Positions 14,374-26,300 of a stretch of 64,000 nucleotides of DNA are shown one piece after another. The stretch covers positions 80,664,001 to 80,728,000 of the forward strand of contig NC_058368.1 in assembly GCF_018350175.1 (NCBI RefSeq), written 5' to 3'. The notes below the pieces were generated by a model. It saw only the letters and a program-made list of their open reading frames with translations. It was not told the DNA's origin and did not search any database. This DNA comes from Felis catus. Its lineage: Eukaryota. The position numbers and the translations under genes are program-made. Each line of letters opens with the position of its first letter. Within the stretch, counting starts at the first letter, position 1.

Positions 14374-17300
14374 GATGTATGTGTATGGGTGTATGTGTGG
14401 ATATGGATGTATGGGGGTGTGTGTGTGTATGGATGTATGTGGATGTGTGTATGTATGTATACGTATGTATGTGTGTATATGGTTGTGTGTGTGTGTGTGT
14501 ATGTGTATATGCATGTGTGTATGGATGTATATGTATATATGTGTGTAAGGATGTATGGGTGTATGCACGTGTGTGTGTGTGTGTGTGTGGATATGTATGG
14601 ATGTGTGTGTATATGTATGTGTGGGTATATGTGTATGGGTGTGTGTATATATGTGTGTGTATGGACGTATACGTATGTGTGGATGTATATGTGTGTGTGT
14701 ATGGATGTATATGTGTGTATGGGTGTATGGATGGATGTATATGGATGTGTGTGTGTATGTACGTATATGTATGTATGCATGTATATGGTGTGTGGAAGTA
14801 TATGTGCGTTTATTTGTGTGTATGGGTGTATATTTGTGTGTATATGCATGTGTGTATGGATATATATGTATGTGTGTATGCATGTATGTGTGTGTATGTC
14901 TGTGTGTGTGGATGTATGTGTGTATGCATGTGTATGTGTGTGTGTGTATGGATGTATATGGGTGTGTGTGTGTGTATCGGTGGTTGAATAGGTGGGTAGG
15001 CAGGCAGCTGGCAGGTACTGCTAACCACACCGTTGCTGTGTTCACACAGCCCAGTCGTGCGCTCTCACTGCAGTGCAGCATCCCGTGCTTAACCAGGCCT
15101 CCTAATTTTTAACCCAATTTTAGGGAGCAGTAGCTTTCTGAAGAAGTCTTGCTTGTGTAGGAAATGTAAGACTAGCTTCATAGTGATTGATTGGTTTTCA
15201 ACGTGAAGTTTGAAACCATGTATTTCTGAGTTGGTTCAGTTAAGTGAACCGCTTTCCCTGGTAGGTGTGGTCACAGAGTTGATGTGAGGTCACTTGTGGT
15301 TGGGTAAGATGCAGGCTGTGCCAGCACCGATTCTTGTCTTGACGTTTCCAATGTGAGCTCTGTTTAGTTGAACTGTAGGAAACTACTCTTGCTTGTTACT
15401 TTTGAACTAGCAGTTTCAGGTGCTTTAGCCTAAGTACTGTACATGTTTTCACCAGGAGCACTGAGTGTGGCTGGTGTTCCCAAGAAGCTTGGGTGGTGGG
15501 CAGGTGTAGCTGAGTTGGGGAGGAAGGGATGGAGGAGGTGAGGCAGTGGCTGGGTCCCTGAGGTCAGATCAGGCAGCCTGCACTAAGGACTGATGTGCTC
15601 TGATATTCTTAGGGATTCTCACATTTTTTGGCTTCATGTATAATGTCCTTCGCAGTGCGACGTGGGGGCTCAGCGGTCACCCTGCTCTTCACAGGGGTGA
15701 CCTGAGCTGCTGTCTGCTCCTCTCCCAGCCTGTGTGCCCCTCACTCCCCCTGTCTCGAGTGGTGCACAGGGGCAACAGTGAGGAACACAGGTGGGGCTTC
15801 TAGCCTGGACCCTGAACGTCACGTGCACTAGGGACACAGGTGCCAGACCTTCAGTCCCCGGCATGAGTCCTGATGCAGGTGACCAAGCGTGATGCTCACA
15901 GCTGCACACCGGACCTTCATGGGTCATTCCGGGTGCCGTGGCTGTTGAACTGGAGCATTTGGGGCCAACCTGGAGTGCGTGAGCGTGGAGGCCTCACGAG
16001 GGCCTTGCTGGTCACCAGGTTAGATGAGCAGTGTGGTGAAAGTGGCAGGAGTGGGGAGATAGGCAGGCACGGCTTTCAGCTTTTGGATTTCCAGATATGC
16101 GTTCAGTCTCCTTATCTACAAGTGTGGTCGCGCTCTACCATGAGGCTAAGTGAGGTGGTGATGTGACCGTGCTTTTGACATTTTCAAGCCTAAGTGGAAG
16201 AGTCCGTTACTTGATGGTGCTGCCTCGTGCCTGCTGCTTGCACAGAATGCTTCGGGGCTGTTGGGCGGCCTCCTGTGCAGCCAGGGCATCTGCGCCCCGG
16301 TTCACTTCACTGTGGCCGTAAAGCATCTTTTACTTTGTGTCACCATTTCGAGGGACCCAGAGGATGGCCATCTTCTAGCTCAGCTGTGAACGAGGCTTGC
16401 TCAGGTGGCCTCCATGAATGGAAGGTGTGGGTTTGCTTAGCGGACCGCCCGTGCCGGGTTATGCCCAGCTGGGTTTGCCCGTAACCAGAGTGATGGCATG
16501 AGCCTTCTGGGGGTGTTCACATTTGGTGTCTCAATGTAGCCGGTGCCAGTGTGGCTCTAAGCACAAAGAGCTCTAAGCACCCGTTAGCTGCCCCACCCGG
16601 TGCTGCCGGCAGGGCGGGCCTTTCCCCTGTCTGTGTGCGGGCTCTAACCACTACGCCGTCCACTCTCTCCGCTCAGCGAGCAGCTGGGAGAGTTCATGGA
16701 GACCAGAGGCGCCAGCAGCCCGGGGATCCTGGTGCTGACCACCGGCCTCAGCAGACCGTTCATGCGCCTGGACAAGTACCCCACGTTGCTCAAGGAGCTG
16801 GAGAGACACATGGAGGTACTGCTTGTCGCATGCTGCCGCTCGGGGGCCCTCCGCCCCCGTCAGGGAAGCTCGCCGTCTGTGTCAGAGGCGGGAACCGACA
16901 GAAGTGTTTTTGCAAAGGTTTTTAACTTGAAGGATTTTCAAAACGATTTTGTTAAATGGTGTTTTCTCCTTCCCCTCCCTCTACAAAATTACATGTCCTC
17001 CTTGATCTCTGTCACCCACGGCTGCTGTTAGAAAAGTCTCCAAAAGCTACGAAACGTTAAGCTCAGATTTAAGTAGCGTTGAGGTGCCCCGTTAGGAACA
17101 CTTGGTTACAAATGGTAAGCATAGCGTTTATACAGTAATAAGAGTGAAAGAATCAATCCGTTCATGATGGGTATTTATCTTAGTTTTGAAAAGCAGACCG
17201 CAAGCCTGGCAGAAACTTGGGTTTAAGTTGCTGTGTATGGGTGCAGGTTGGCGAACTTTCTCTATGTAGGGTGGGCCTGCTGGCTCCCTTCCTTGCCAAC

Positions 17301-20300
17301 CCCCTCTGCTGTTGTGGTTTAGAGCCTCAGCAAGGCCAGTGCTGGGAGGAGGTGCTGGGTCCTGCCATGGGTTTTTGTCTGTTGTTTTTTTTTTTTTTTT
17401 TTTTTTTTTTAACGTTTATTTATTTAGAGACCGAGACAGCATGACAGAGCGAGAGGGAGAAGAGAATCTCAAGTAGGCCCCACACCGTCAGCACAGATCT
17501 CAACATGGGCTCAATCCCACGAACCATGAGATCATGACGTGAGCTGAAATCAAGAGTCAGAGGCTTAACTGACTGGGCCACCCAGCTGCCCCTGGGCTTT
17601 TGTCTTCTAGACCACGGTTTCCCCAAAGTCTACTGGGCCCACAAGAGTACGAATAACACTTCAGTGCTGAGAAGAATAAGACCTATTGTGGGTTGAAAGG
17701 GTTGGGAAAGTTTCAAGCCAGTCTCTAGAGTGCCTTTTGAAGAAAACAATTTGCCTCATGAAAGCTAATAGTGTTTTCTTTTATTCAAAGGATTATCATC
17801 CAGATAGACAAGATATTCAAAAATCCATGACTGCCTTCAAAAACCTCTCAGTAAGTGACTGGGCGTATTATGATTTTTTCCCTCAGCATTATTATGACAG
17901 ATGAATGTAGAAAAAGTTATCCCCTAAAAAAGTTAGGTGATGAAAGAAAATGAGAGCGAGAATTTGGGTGTATTCAAATACAAAATAATCACGGTAGTTT
18001 ATTTACCGTGGTGGTAAATTTGCATGCTTTACTGGGCTGTCGACACCAGAAAATGATCGTTTAACCTTTAAAAAGTCACGACACGATAGTTCCTTATGAA
18101 GGTCTTGCTCTGTGGGCTGTGTCTTCGGTGAGGACCAGGTGGTCCTGCTCCTTCACCCTGCTGCCATGCCGCTGGTGTTTCTGGAACATGCCTGACTTAC
18201 CTCACGTGCAGCATGCACTCCTGGCCCCTGCTCAGTCCTTGTGCCAGCAGAGACCAGTAAAGCCAGAAAGTCTCTTCTTGTCCAGTCTGCATTTTTTCTT
18301 CTAGAAGTAGCAAGATCTGCTGTATTGTTCTAAAGCCGTGTCTCTCGTTCCAGAGCTCTTACTTCTATGCCTGTGAATTGAACGCTTTCTCATTCAGCAG
18401 ATGATGTGTCTCAAAGTCGCGTGGCCGGTAGTTGAGGTTCTGGGGGCTCCCGTACCTCCTGACCGTGGTGGTGTGTGTCCCAGGCGCAGTGTCAGGAGGT
18501 GCGGAAAAGGAAGGAGCTGGAGTTGCAGATCCTGACAGAAGCCATCCGGAGCTGGGAGGGAGATGACATCACGACCCTGGGCAGCGTCGTTTACATGTCC
18601 CAGGTCATGGTCCAGTGCGCCGGGAGTGAGGTATGCAGGGCAGGAGCGCCACGGCCACGTGCTGTGCTGTGCAGAGTGGCTGGGAACACGAGTGGAGGGT
18701 CTCGAGCCTGTGCTCTGAGCCCCACAAGTGTGTGGGGCGTCTTCAGGAACAGAGTGTGAGAAGTCCCCCTAGACAGGCTCAGAGTGCAGGACCGGTTTCC
18801 AGCGCACTTGGCATGCGGCTGGAGTCTGAGGAGTCTGCCTGAGGACCCTGCGTCCTGACCCCTGGGCTTCTGTGGGCAGCGTGGAAATGGCAGCTTGGGA
18901 AAGGGCCGTCTGCGTTCCTCGTTTTGGTCTCCTTTACGTTCCTGGAAACTTGCGTCCTTTATTGTGGTCTCTCTGGGGCATCCCCCCCCCCCCATTGAAG
19001 CAAATGGTTTTTAATATAGATGCTTTTAAATCTTTCATGTAAACTAGGTAAGGTTTACAGCATGGACAAAAACAGTATTGAATTGATTAGGCTTTAAGGG
19101 AAGTGCCAGGAATCATTCAGTTGATTTTAACATTTTATCCTACCCTCCCCTCGAGCTTGAAAGGCCCACCTGTTCTTCCCCACAGCACCCAAACTCGACA
19201 AGTTCTGTTCTCTCTCAACCATAAAAAGAAAATTTTAGATGAAAAAGAGTTAATGGCAAAGCTGAACTCCTTAACCCAGTTGTTTTTAAAAGATGCTACG
19301 TGGGCTGCCAGTGAGTCTGAGACTTTATCATAATTCTGTTTGCATTTAATTTAGCTGATAAAATTTGTTGGAAGGACATTCAGTATGTTTCATAATGCTT
19401 AATGTAAATACTTGTTCTCACATCTGTGTGTTTTGAAACAAATTACTTGGATTTGTTTGTTCTTTTACGTTAGGAAAAGAATGAGAGATACCTTCTGCTC
19501 TTCCCAAATAGTTTGCTGATGTTATCTGCCAGTCCTAGGATGAGTGGTTTTATCTATCAGGTAAAGTACATTTTCGGTTTACACGTTATTATTTGCTGTG
19601 GATCTCAGAATCTGTTCCAGGCTTATTTTGGGTGTGGTGCTGTGTGTATAGATAGTGTCACCTAGTCGAGTATGTCACACTTAGCCTGTTTCCGCATGAC
19701 TGCAGATGTCCCCGCATTGGTCCTGAGCAAACACGGGGGGCGGGGGGGACCCCAGTGACCTCTGTAGGGCTGCCTCCTAAGGGCACCGACTGCTTGAGGT
19801 GACCTGCCCGAGTCCTGTCTTAGTTGCCCCTTCTTTCCTGGCCACCGTGGTGCCCGGTGGGTGCAGTGGCGGGCGGGCGCAGAGCCAGGGACCCTGGCTG
19901 AGGCCAGGTGATGTACCTAGTGGTGAGTGATCACGGAACCTTTCTCTAGTCGGTCGTTTTGCTGACACTGAGAAGATGTGCGAGCTGATGTGAGAAGAAA
20001 ATGCAAAAGGAGAGGTCTGGTGTCTCTGCAGAAACGTAACCTGTGGTGTCAAGTAGCTTCTTTTTCTCTTAATAGCTGCTTCTGTCCTCACTGCCTGTTT
20101 TCTGTGACTTAGAGCAGCGTGCTCTCTCCCATGGCTTGTTTCCAGGCCTGGCCAGTCCTCAGTCCTGCATCAGCAGGAGTCCCCACGTGGCACGTTGTTC
20201 TGTGTCGTCCTGGACACGTGCACGGGTGGATCCTGAGTTCCGTGTCTGTGGCGTGTGTGTGCCTCCACAGAGAGCTTGGTCCCCAAAGAGGAGGAGGAGT

Positions 20301-23300
20301 CACACACTTTCTCCAGAAGGAGCACTTTAAAATTGATAAAGCTGATGTGTCTAGTAAACCCAGAAAACCCGTGCCTCCGAGTTCGCGAGTGTGCTGTTGG
20401 GCGGGTACCTACCCCGGTTCCCCTGAATCGGCAGCCCCGCCCCCCCATTGTCAGGTGGCCCCACTAAACACAAAGCTGAGTCCTTTCTGCCAGCGCACTC
20501 TGGCTTTGTGGTTTGTACCCCGAGAGGCTGGGACCAGCTCTGCTGTGACCTGAGGGAGCAGAGGTGGCCGTTCAGGACAGGCTCGAGGCCCGTGCCACAT
20601 TCGCCCTTGGTGTTGGTGTCAACGTGCCAGTGAGAGCCTCATGCCACCAATGGGACCCTGCTTTCCTCTTCTGTGCATGGTGGCCTGGGAAGGGCGTCTG
20701 AGTGCTGTGACCGTGGTCTGTGCAGCCCGACTCGAATGCCTTCTCTCCGCCGGCCCCGCCCGTGCTGGTCCCCATCTTTGTGCCTTCCATGTGGTGCTCA
20801 GCACAACTCCCCACCTCCCCTCTGGCGGACAGCCAAGTGTGGCCCCCGGACAGTTGTTCTTGTCCCAGCTTCCCGTGTTGCCTTCAAACGTGAACTTCCT
20901 CTGAGCCTCTTCATGAGGCGAATCAGCGCCTCCTTTAGTTTTTGATCCTGATAGGCCACGTTCTTGGGACCTGGTGTTCACATTCAGAGAAATGTGTCAG
21001 CTGGAATTTGCTTTCGTTCTGGACCTTACTGCGGACTCCATTTTCCTTTTATTACAGTGTTATGGTTCCTTATTTGACGGAAAAGTCTGTACTATGCATG
21101 CTTATGGCAACAGTCAGCTGTTTCGCTTTACAGGGTGCTGCTTCTGCCATTCCTAAAATTATTAATACTTGTTTTGATAATGGTACGTTCTTTACTAGAA
21201 AAGCACTAATTGTTTTTTTTTTGTGGGGGGGGGTCTTTTTTAGGGAAAGCTACCAACGACAGGAATGACAATCACAAAGCTTGAGGACAGTGAAAATCAT
21301 AGAAATGCATTTGAAATATCAGGTGATAGGCACAGACTCTCTGGCCGCTGTCTGTCACGGTGATGAGTGGCAGCTCACGGTGTGTGTGCACGTTGTGGCT
21401 GGACCGTCCGGAGGGCTGTGTTGGAGCGCTGCTGCCCTCTCCGTGGGTGTGTGTGCGCACGCGTGTGCTTTCTGCCCATCTTCCCGCCTCAGTGTGTCTC
21501 TCCTCCCTTCCAGGGAGCATGATTGAGCGGATCCTCGTGTCCTGCAACAACCAGCAGGATCTGCACGAGTGGGTGGACCATCTCCAGAAGCAGACAAAGG
21601 TCACCTCTGTCGGCAACCCCACCATCAAGCCCCATTCTGTGCCGTCTCACACCGTAAGGACCCCTGTACCTCTCCACGCTGTGGGGTCGGCTGCTGGGGG
21701 TGTGGGGGGGGGTAGCAAGTGAGCAGGTGTTTTGAAGCATAATCCGTGTGTGGCTCAACAGTATAAATTCATACCTGTGTTTCTCTGGGGATCCTGGCGA
21801 GTCCCTGTCACATAGCTTGTCGCCTCACACCGATGGTGCCTAGATTGTGCCTCTTTGTACGTGGTTTGATGGCAGTTGGCTTGGAAGCTGTTTCTGCTCA
21901 GAGGGGGCCTAGGATACGAACTTTCAGGGGGTTTTCACCTAAAACCTCAAGAGCCACCATCCATATGTGTTTTTGTTTTTTCCTGAGAATCTTAACTGTA
22001 TTCTGTTGTATCAAAAAACAGAAGTATTTATGGTGATCCAAAGGGCTGGGTTGGGGCACCTGGGTGGCTCAGGTCACGATCTCATGGTCCGTGAGTTTGA
22101 GCCCCACGTCGGGCTCTGTGCTGACAGCTCAGAGCCTGGAGCCTGCTTCGGATTCTGTGTCTCCCTCTCTCTCTCTCTCTGCTCCTCCCCCATTCATGCT
22201 CTGTTTCTCTCTGTCTCAAACATAAATAAATATTAAAAAAACCCCAAACAAACAAAGGGCTGGGGGCACCTGGGTGGCTCAGTCAGTTGGGCATCCACTC
22301 TTGATTTCAGCTCAGGTCATGATCGTGGGATCAGACCCTCCACACTGAGAGTGGAGCCTTCTGGAGATTCTCCCCTTTTGCCCCCTCCCCCTCTTGCTCT
22401 CTCTCTAAAATAAAAACATAACTAAAGGTCCAGATTCATGTTGAAGGCTTTAAAATGTGGCTTTTGCCTCACTGTTTTAAGAAATCCATTTATCCTCGTA
22501 GAGGAGCTAACCAGCTCTTTGACTTTTTAAAAACTTAAACGTTTTGAAGTACCTCAGCACACAGTATCCATGTTTAAAACTTGTCGTTACTGGTGTTTTA
22601 TGCTTAAGATACTGGTGTGGAATCATTTTCATGTTCTCCTCTTAAACAAAAGTACACACCCCTTTTCACAAATGACCTGTGAGTGCACGGCATTTCCAGG
22701 TGGTGCTTTTTTCTCACGTACGCTTTAGGTTGTTGTGATCTTTATTTGCAATTTCCACCATGTGGCTCACTTCTGCATCCACATCCCTACCGTTGCAGTG
22801 TTTGCTCAGGAAGAGTGACTGTAGCATAACATTTTTTTAAATGCTTATTTACTTATTTTGAGAGAACAGGTGCACAAGCAGGGGAGGGGCAGAGAGAGAA
22901 GGAGAGAGAGAATCCCAAGTGGGCTCTGAGCTGTCAGCATGGAGCCCAATGCAGGACCCAAACTCACAAAACTGTGAGATCGTGAGCTGAGCCAAAACCA
23001 AGAATCAGGTGCTTAACCGACTGAGGCACCCAGGCGCCCCTGTAGCATAGCTTTCTGATGAGTTTTATTGTACTAGATTTCTGTCAACAGCTTACAGGTG
23101 GAGACTGCTGGTTGGCTTTAGCTAAGGTCGCATTTTGAGTGGCTCTGCCATTTGTAATTTCTCCATACTTGGAAAAAAAAAATGCTAACAATGCTTAGCT
23201 TCCCTGGAACTAAAATGATTCCAAAGCTACTCTGTGTGCAGGTGTGTGTGTGCCTGAGAAGTGGCAGTGCTGCTTCATGTTGTCAGCAACACCCTGAGAG

Positions 23301-26300
23301 CAAACAGTACAAGTCCACGTCAGGGAAGACTTCATGCTCCAGCTGAACCCCGCCAGGGTGCGCCACGCACAGGCTTTGCAAGTGTTAGGCAAGTGTTAGG
23401 CGTTCTTCTGAGGGAGTTTCCTCTTGGTGGTGTTGGGTGTCCTCCCTCATACTCAGCAGGGTCCTCCTTGAAGAAGAATCTCATTGTAGCAAAGACCATG
23501 ACCTCTTCTGACTTCCTTAAGGAGAAACCAATCCAAATATTACTGTGGTGCTGTTGCTAGAAGGGCTGTTGTACCTCGTTTTCTCCGCTTGTGAGTTGTG
23601 TGGTGGCCATGTGGCCTGTGACAACACGGGACGCGCCCACGCACGCATGAACCAGGGTGGGCACGTGGTTCCTGCAGGAAGTGTGTTGCGCTGGTCCCAG
23701 AGCGCCATGGCATCAGCCAGTGCCAGGCTTCTCATTCGGTGTGTTTCAAGAAGGGATTTCTTCTGAGTGATGACCTCACTCTGTGATTTCCAGCTCACAG
23801 AACACTTCGTTCTTTATTAAGCATGGCTTTATTGTTTGGGGTGATTTGAGGTCATGGGCTGGTTTTGAGTATTATTGAACATTTTTGCGTTTAATTATCA
23901 GTATGATGGAATATTGACAGGTTTTCCAGGAAAATAAACCCTATTATTCTTCTGAAAAATTAGTTTTCATATAATTTTATTTTGATTAGAGCTGATTTTT
24001 CTGAGAAAACAGCTTGTAACTTGTTTTACTCTAGGGATTGGCAAAATTTTTCTGTAAAGAGACAGTAAAATATTTTCAGCTTTATAGGCAATATGGTTTT
24101 TGTTGCAGTTGTACTTTTGGTTTTACAGCCATCAACAGAAATGGGCCTCGCTGTGTCCGGGAAAACTTTTTTTTTTGTTGTTAATGAAAACAGACATTTG
24201 GCCCTAGTTTTTTGCCTACCCATAATCAGCAGGCAGTAAGTGTGTGACTGGGGAGAATTACTCTCCCCTTCACCACATTTCCCAGGATAAGAAATGCCTG
24301 TTCTTGTACAAAATTGTGATCTATGCTACATGGAACACCTTTATGCGGTGTTCGTCCATGACAAACAAAGGTGGTGGTGGGGTGCCAGGATCCGGGCCCC
24401 CACATCCTGCCACCTGCCTGCTCCCCCATGCTGACCTGATGCAGAATAGATAGCTGTCCTAGAAGTTGACTGCTTGGGGTTGGAGAGTAAAGAAATGACG
24501 GCTTGGGGGTTTTTCAGTGGGAGTGTTTGAGAAGTGGGCAGAACCTCATGGGTCTGGTTGAGAGGCCCCTGATGGCAGCTGTTGTGTTCTGCTCCCTCTG
24601 TCTCCCCACCCCCACCCCCACTTCCCCCCCAGCTCCCCTCTCATCCGATCGCGCCATCCGGCAAGCACGCAGACAGCAAGCCGGCACCCCTGACGCCTGC
24701 CTACCACACGCTGCCCCACCCCTCCCATCACGGCACTCCGCACACCACCATCAACTGGGGGCCTCTGGAGCCTCCGAAGACCCCCAAGCCGTGGAGCCTC
24801 AGCTGCCTGCGACCTGCCCCGCCCCTGCGGCCTTCCGCTGCTCTCTGCTACAAGGAGGTGAGGTCTTGAGCGCAGACGAACAAGAATTTGACATTGACAT
24901 CTCCGCGTGTTAGGCCAGCTATTCTGTGCTTCATTCTGGTGCATTCAGAAATCCGGAGAATCCCACGTTTCTGTCTGATTCTGTGACATGAGAAAAGTAC
25001 TGATCACTGGGGAACTGCAGCCTTACCTTGCTGTGCCCTTCACGAATGGCCCTGGCTTCCTGCCTCCTGGACCCATGGAGCCAGAGGGCTCCCTGGGGCT
25101 GGCCTCCCGCTCAGCCTGCAGTTACTGTGCACGTCTTGTCATGCTGAGTCTTGCTTACCTCTGTGCTGCTCTGCTAAGGCCATAGGACCCTTTTCCAGGC
25201 CTGAGTGAGAGCCACCCGGGGACCCTGCATTTGTCACCAAAAGCTGTTGCAGACAGAGTGCATGCACAAATAAAAGTGGCAGAGTGTGGTTTGTCCTCTA
25301 CTCCCGAGTTGGCGGGCTGTGCCCTGTGCTTTAACACCAGGCTGCTTCCGCTGAACCTGCTTTCAGGAAAGGAAGCATCTTGAGAAAAAGAAATACTTGA
25401 ACTTGAGGAATCTGATGATTGCGGCGCTGGGTGTGGTTGTGAGTGTAAGCATGGGGAGCCTGAGTGTGGGAGTGAGGTGGCGTGTCCCGGTACACTTCTC
25501 CACGTCCAGTTGAGGTCCCTTTCACCCAGGGACCTAGGCCCTCCGTCCTTGCTAGTAGCCCTAAGTGTTTTACGACCCACAGAAATACTATGTAAATTAT
25601 AACCTGTCCTTTGCAGGGTTTTGTTAATTTTGTTGTTGAGGACCTGCGTCTTGCCAGTGGTCGTAGGCCCAGGTGCGAGGTGTCCTTGCCGTGGGCGGTT
25701 ACGTGACTGATGTTGGTGTCTGTTGCTCGTTTAGCCTTTGCGGATTGTTCGGGCAGTGCTGGTGACGACCTCATTGCTAGGGAGGAACCAGTGGACTGAG
25801 TGTGTCCAGCCAGGGGGCAGAAAGGGTGAGGGAAGAGGGGGCAGTGAGCCTGGGCTTCACAAATTTGCTGTGTTGCTGCACTAGCTTTGCCGGACCTGAC
25901 GTTAGGATCTGCAATTGTCACCTCGTGTCACTGAGTGCTTCCAGACGCTCGGCGGAAGTCCTCTCGCAGAGCGTGCACATGGCGCTGCTGTGTCCATGGT
26001 CGGGATGCAACCCGCACGTGTGTGTGTTCCTGGGGCCCCCTCTCTGTTCACCATGAAGTACACGGAAGCCATAGGACACATGCAGGGAGGGCGGTATGTC
26101 TTTGGGAGCGCGTTTTTCCTGCTTTTTTAAGAGGCTGTACGGTTTAGCAGAAGAGATTTTGAAGCGCTCCCTTTGAAAACCAAGCTGTGTTCCTTCTGTG
26201 CTTCCAGTCTGGTTCCTCCCATAGTCTGTCGCATCGGTGTCATGTTGTAAGAGTCATGAACGGTTTCTGTAACTTAACACACACTCAGCAGTGAAGCCCC

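Noticed and set aside
14133..15112. His/Thr-rich and Cys/Val-rich ORFs of 185-291 aa on both strands
   Set aside because: Products of the TG/TATG low-complexity repeat
23378..23401. Tandem gcaagtgttag x2
   Set aside because: Ordinary slippage duplication in an intron
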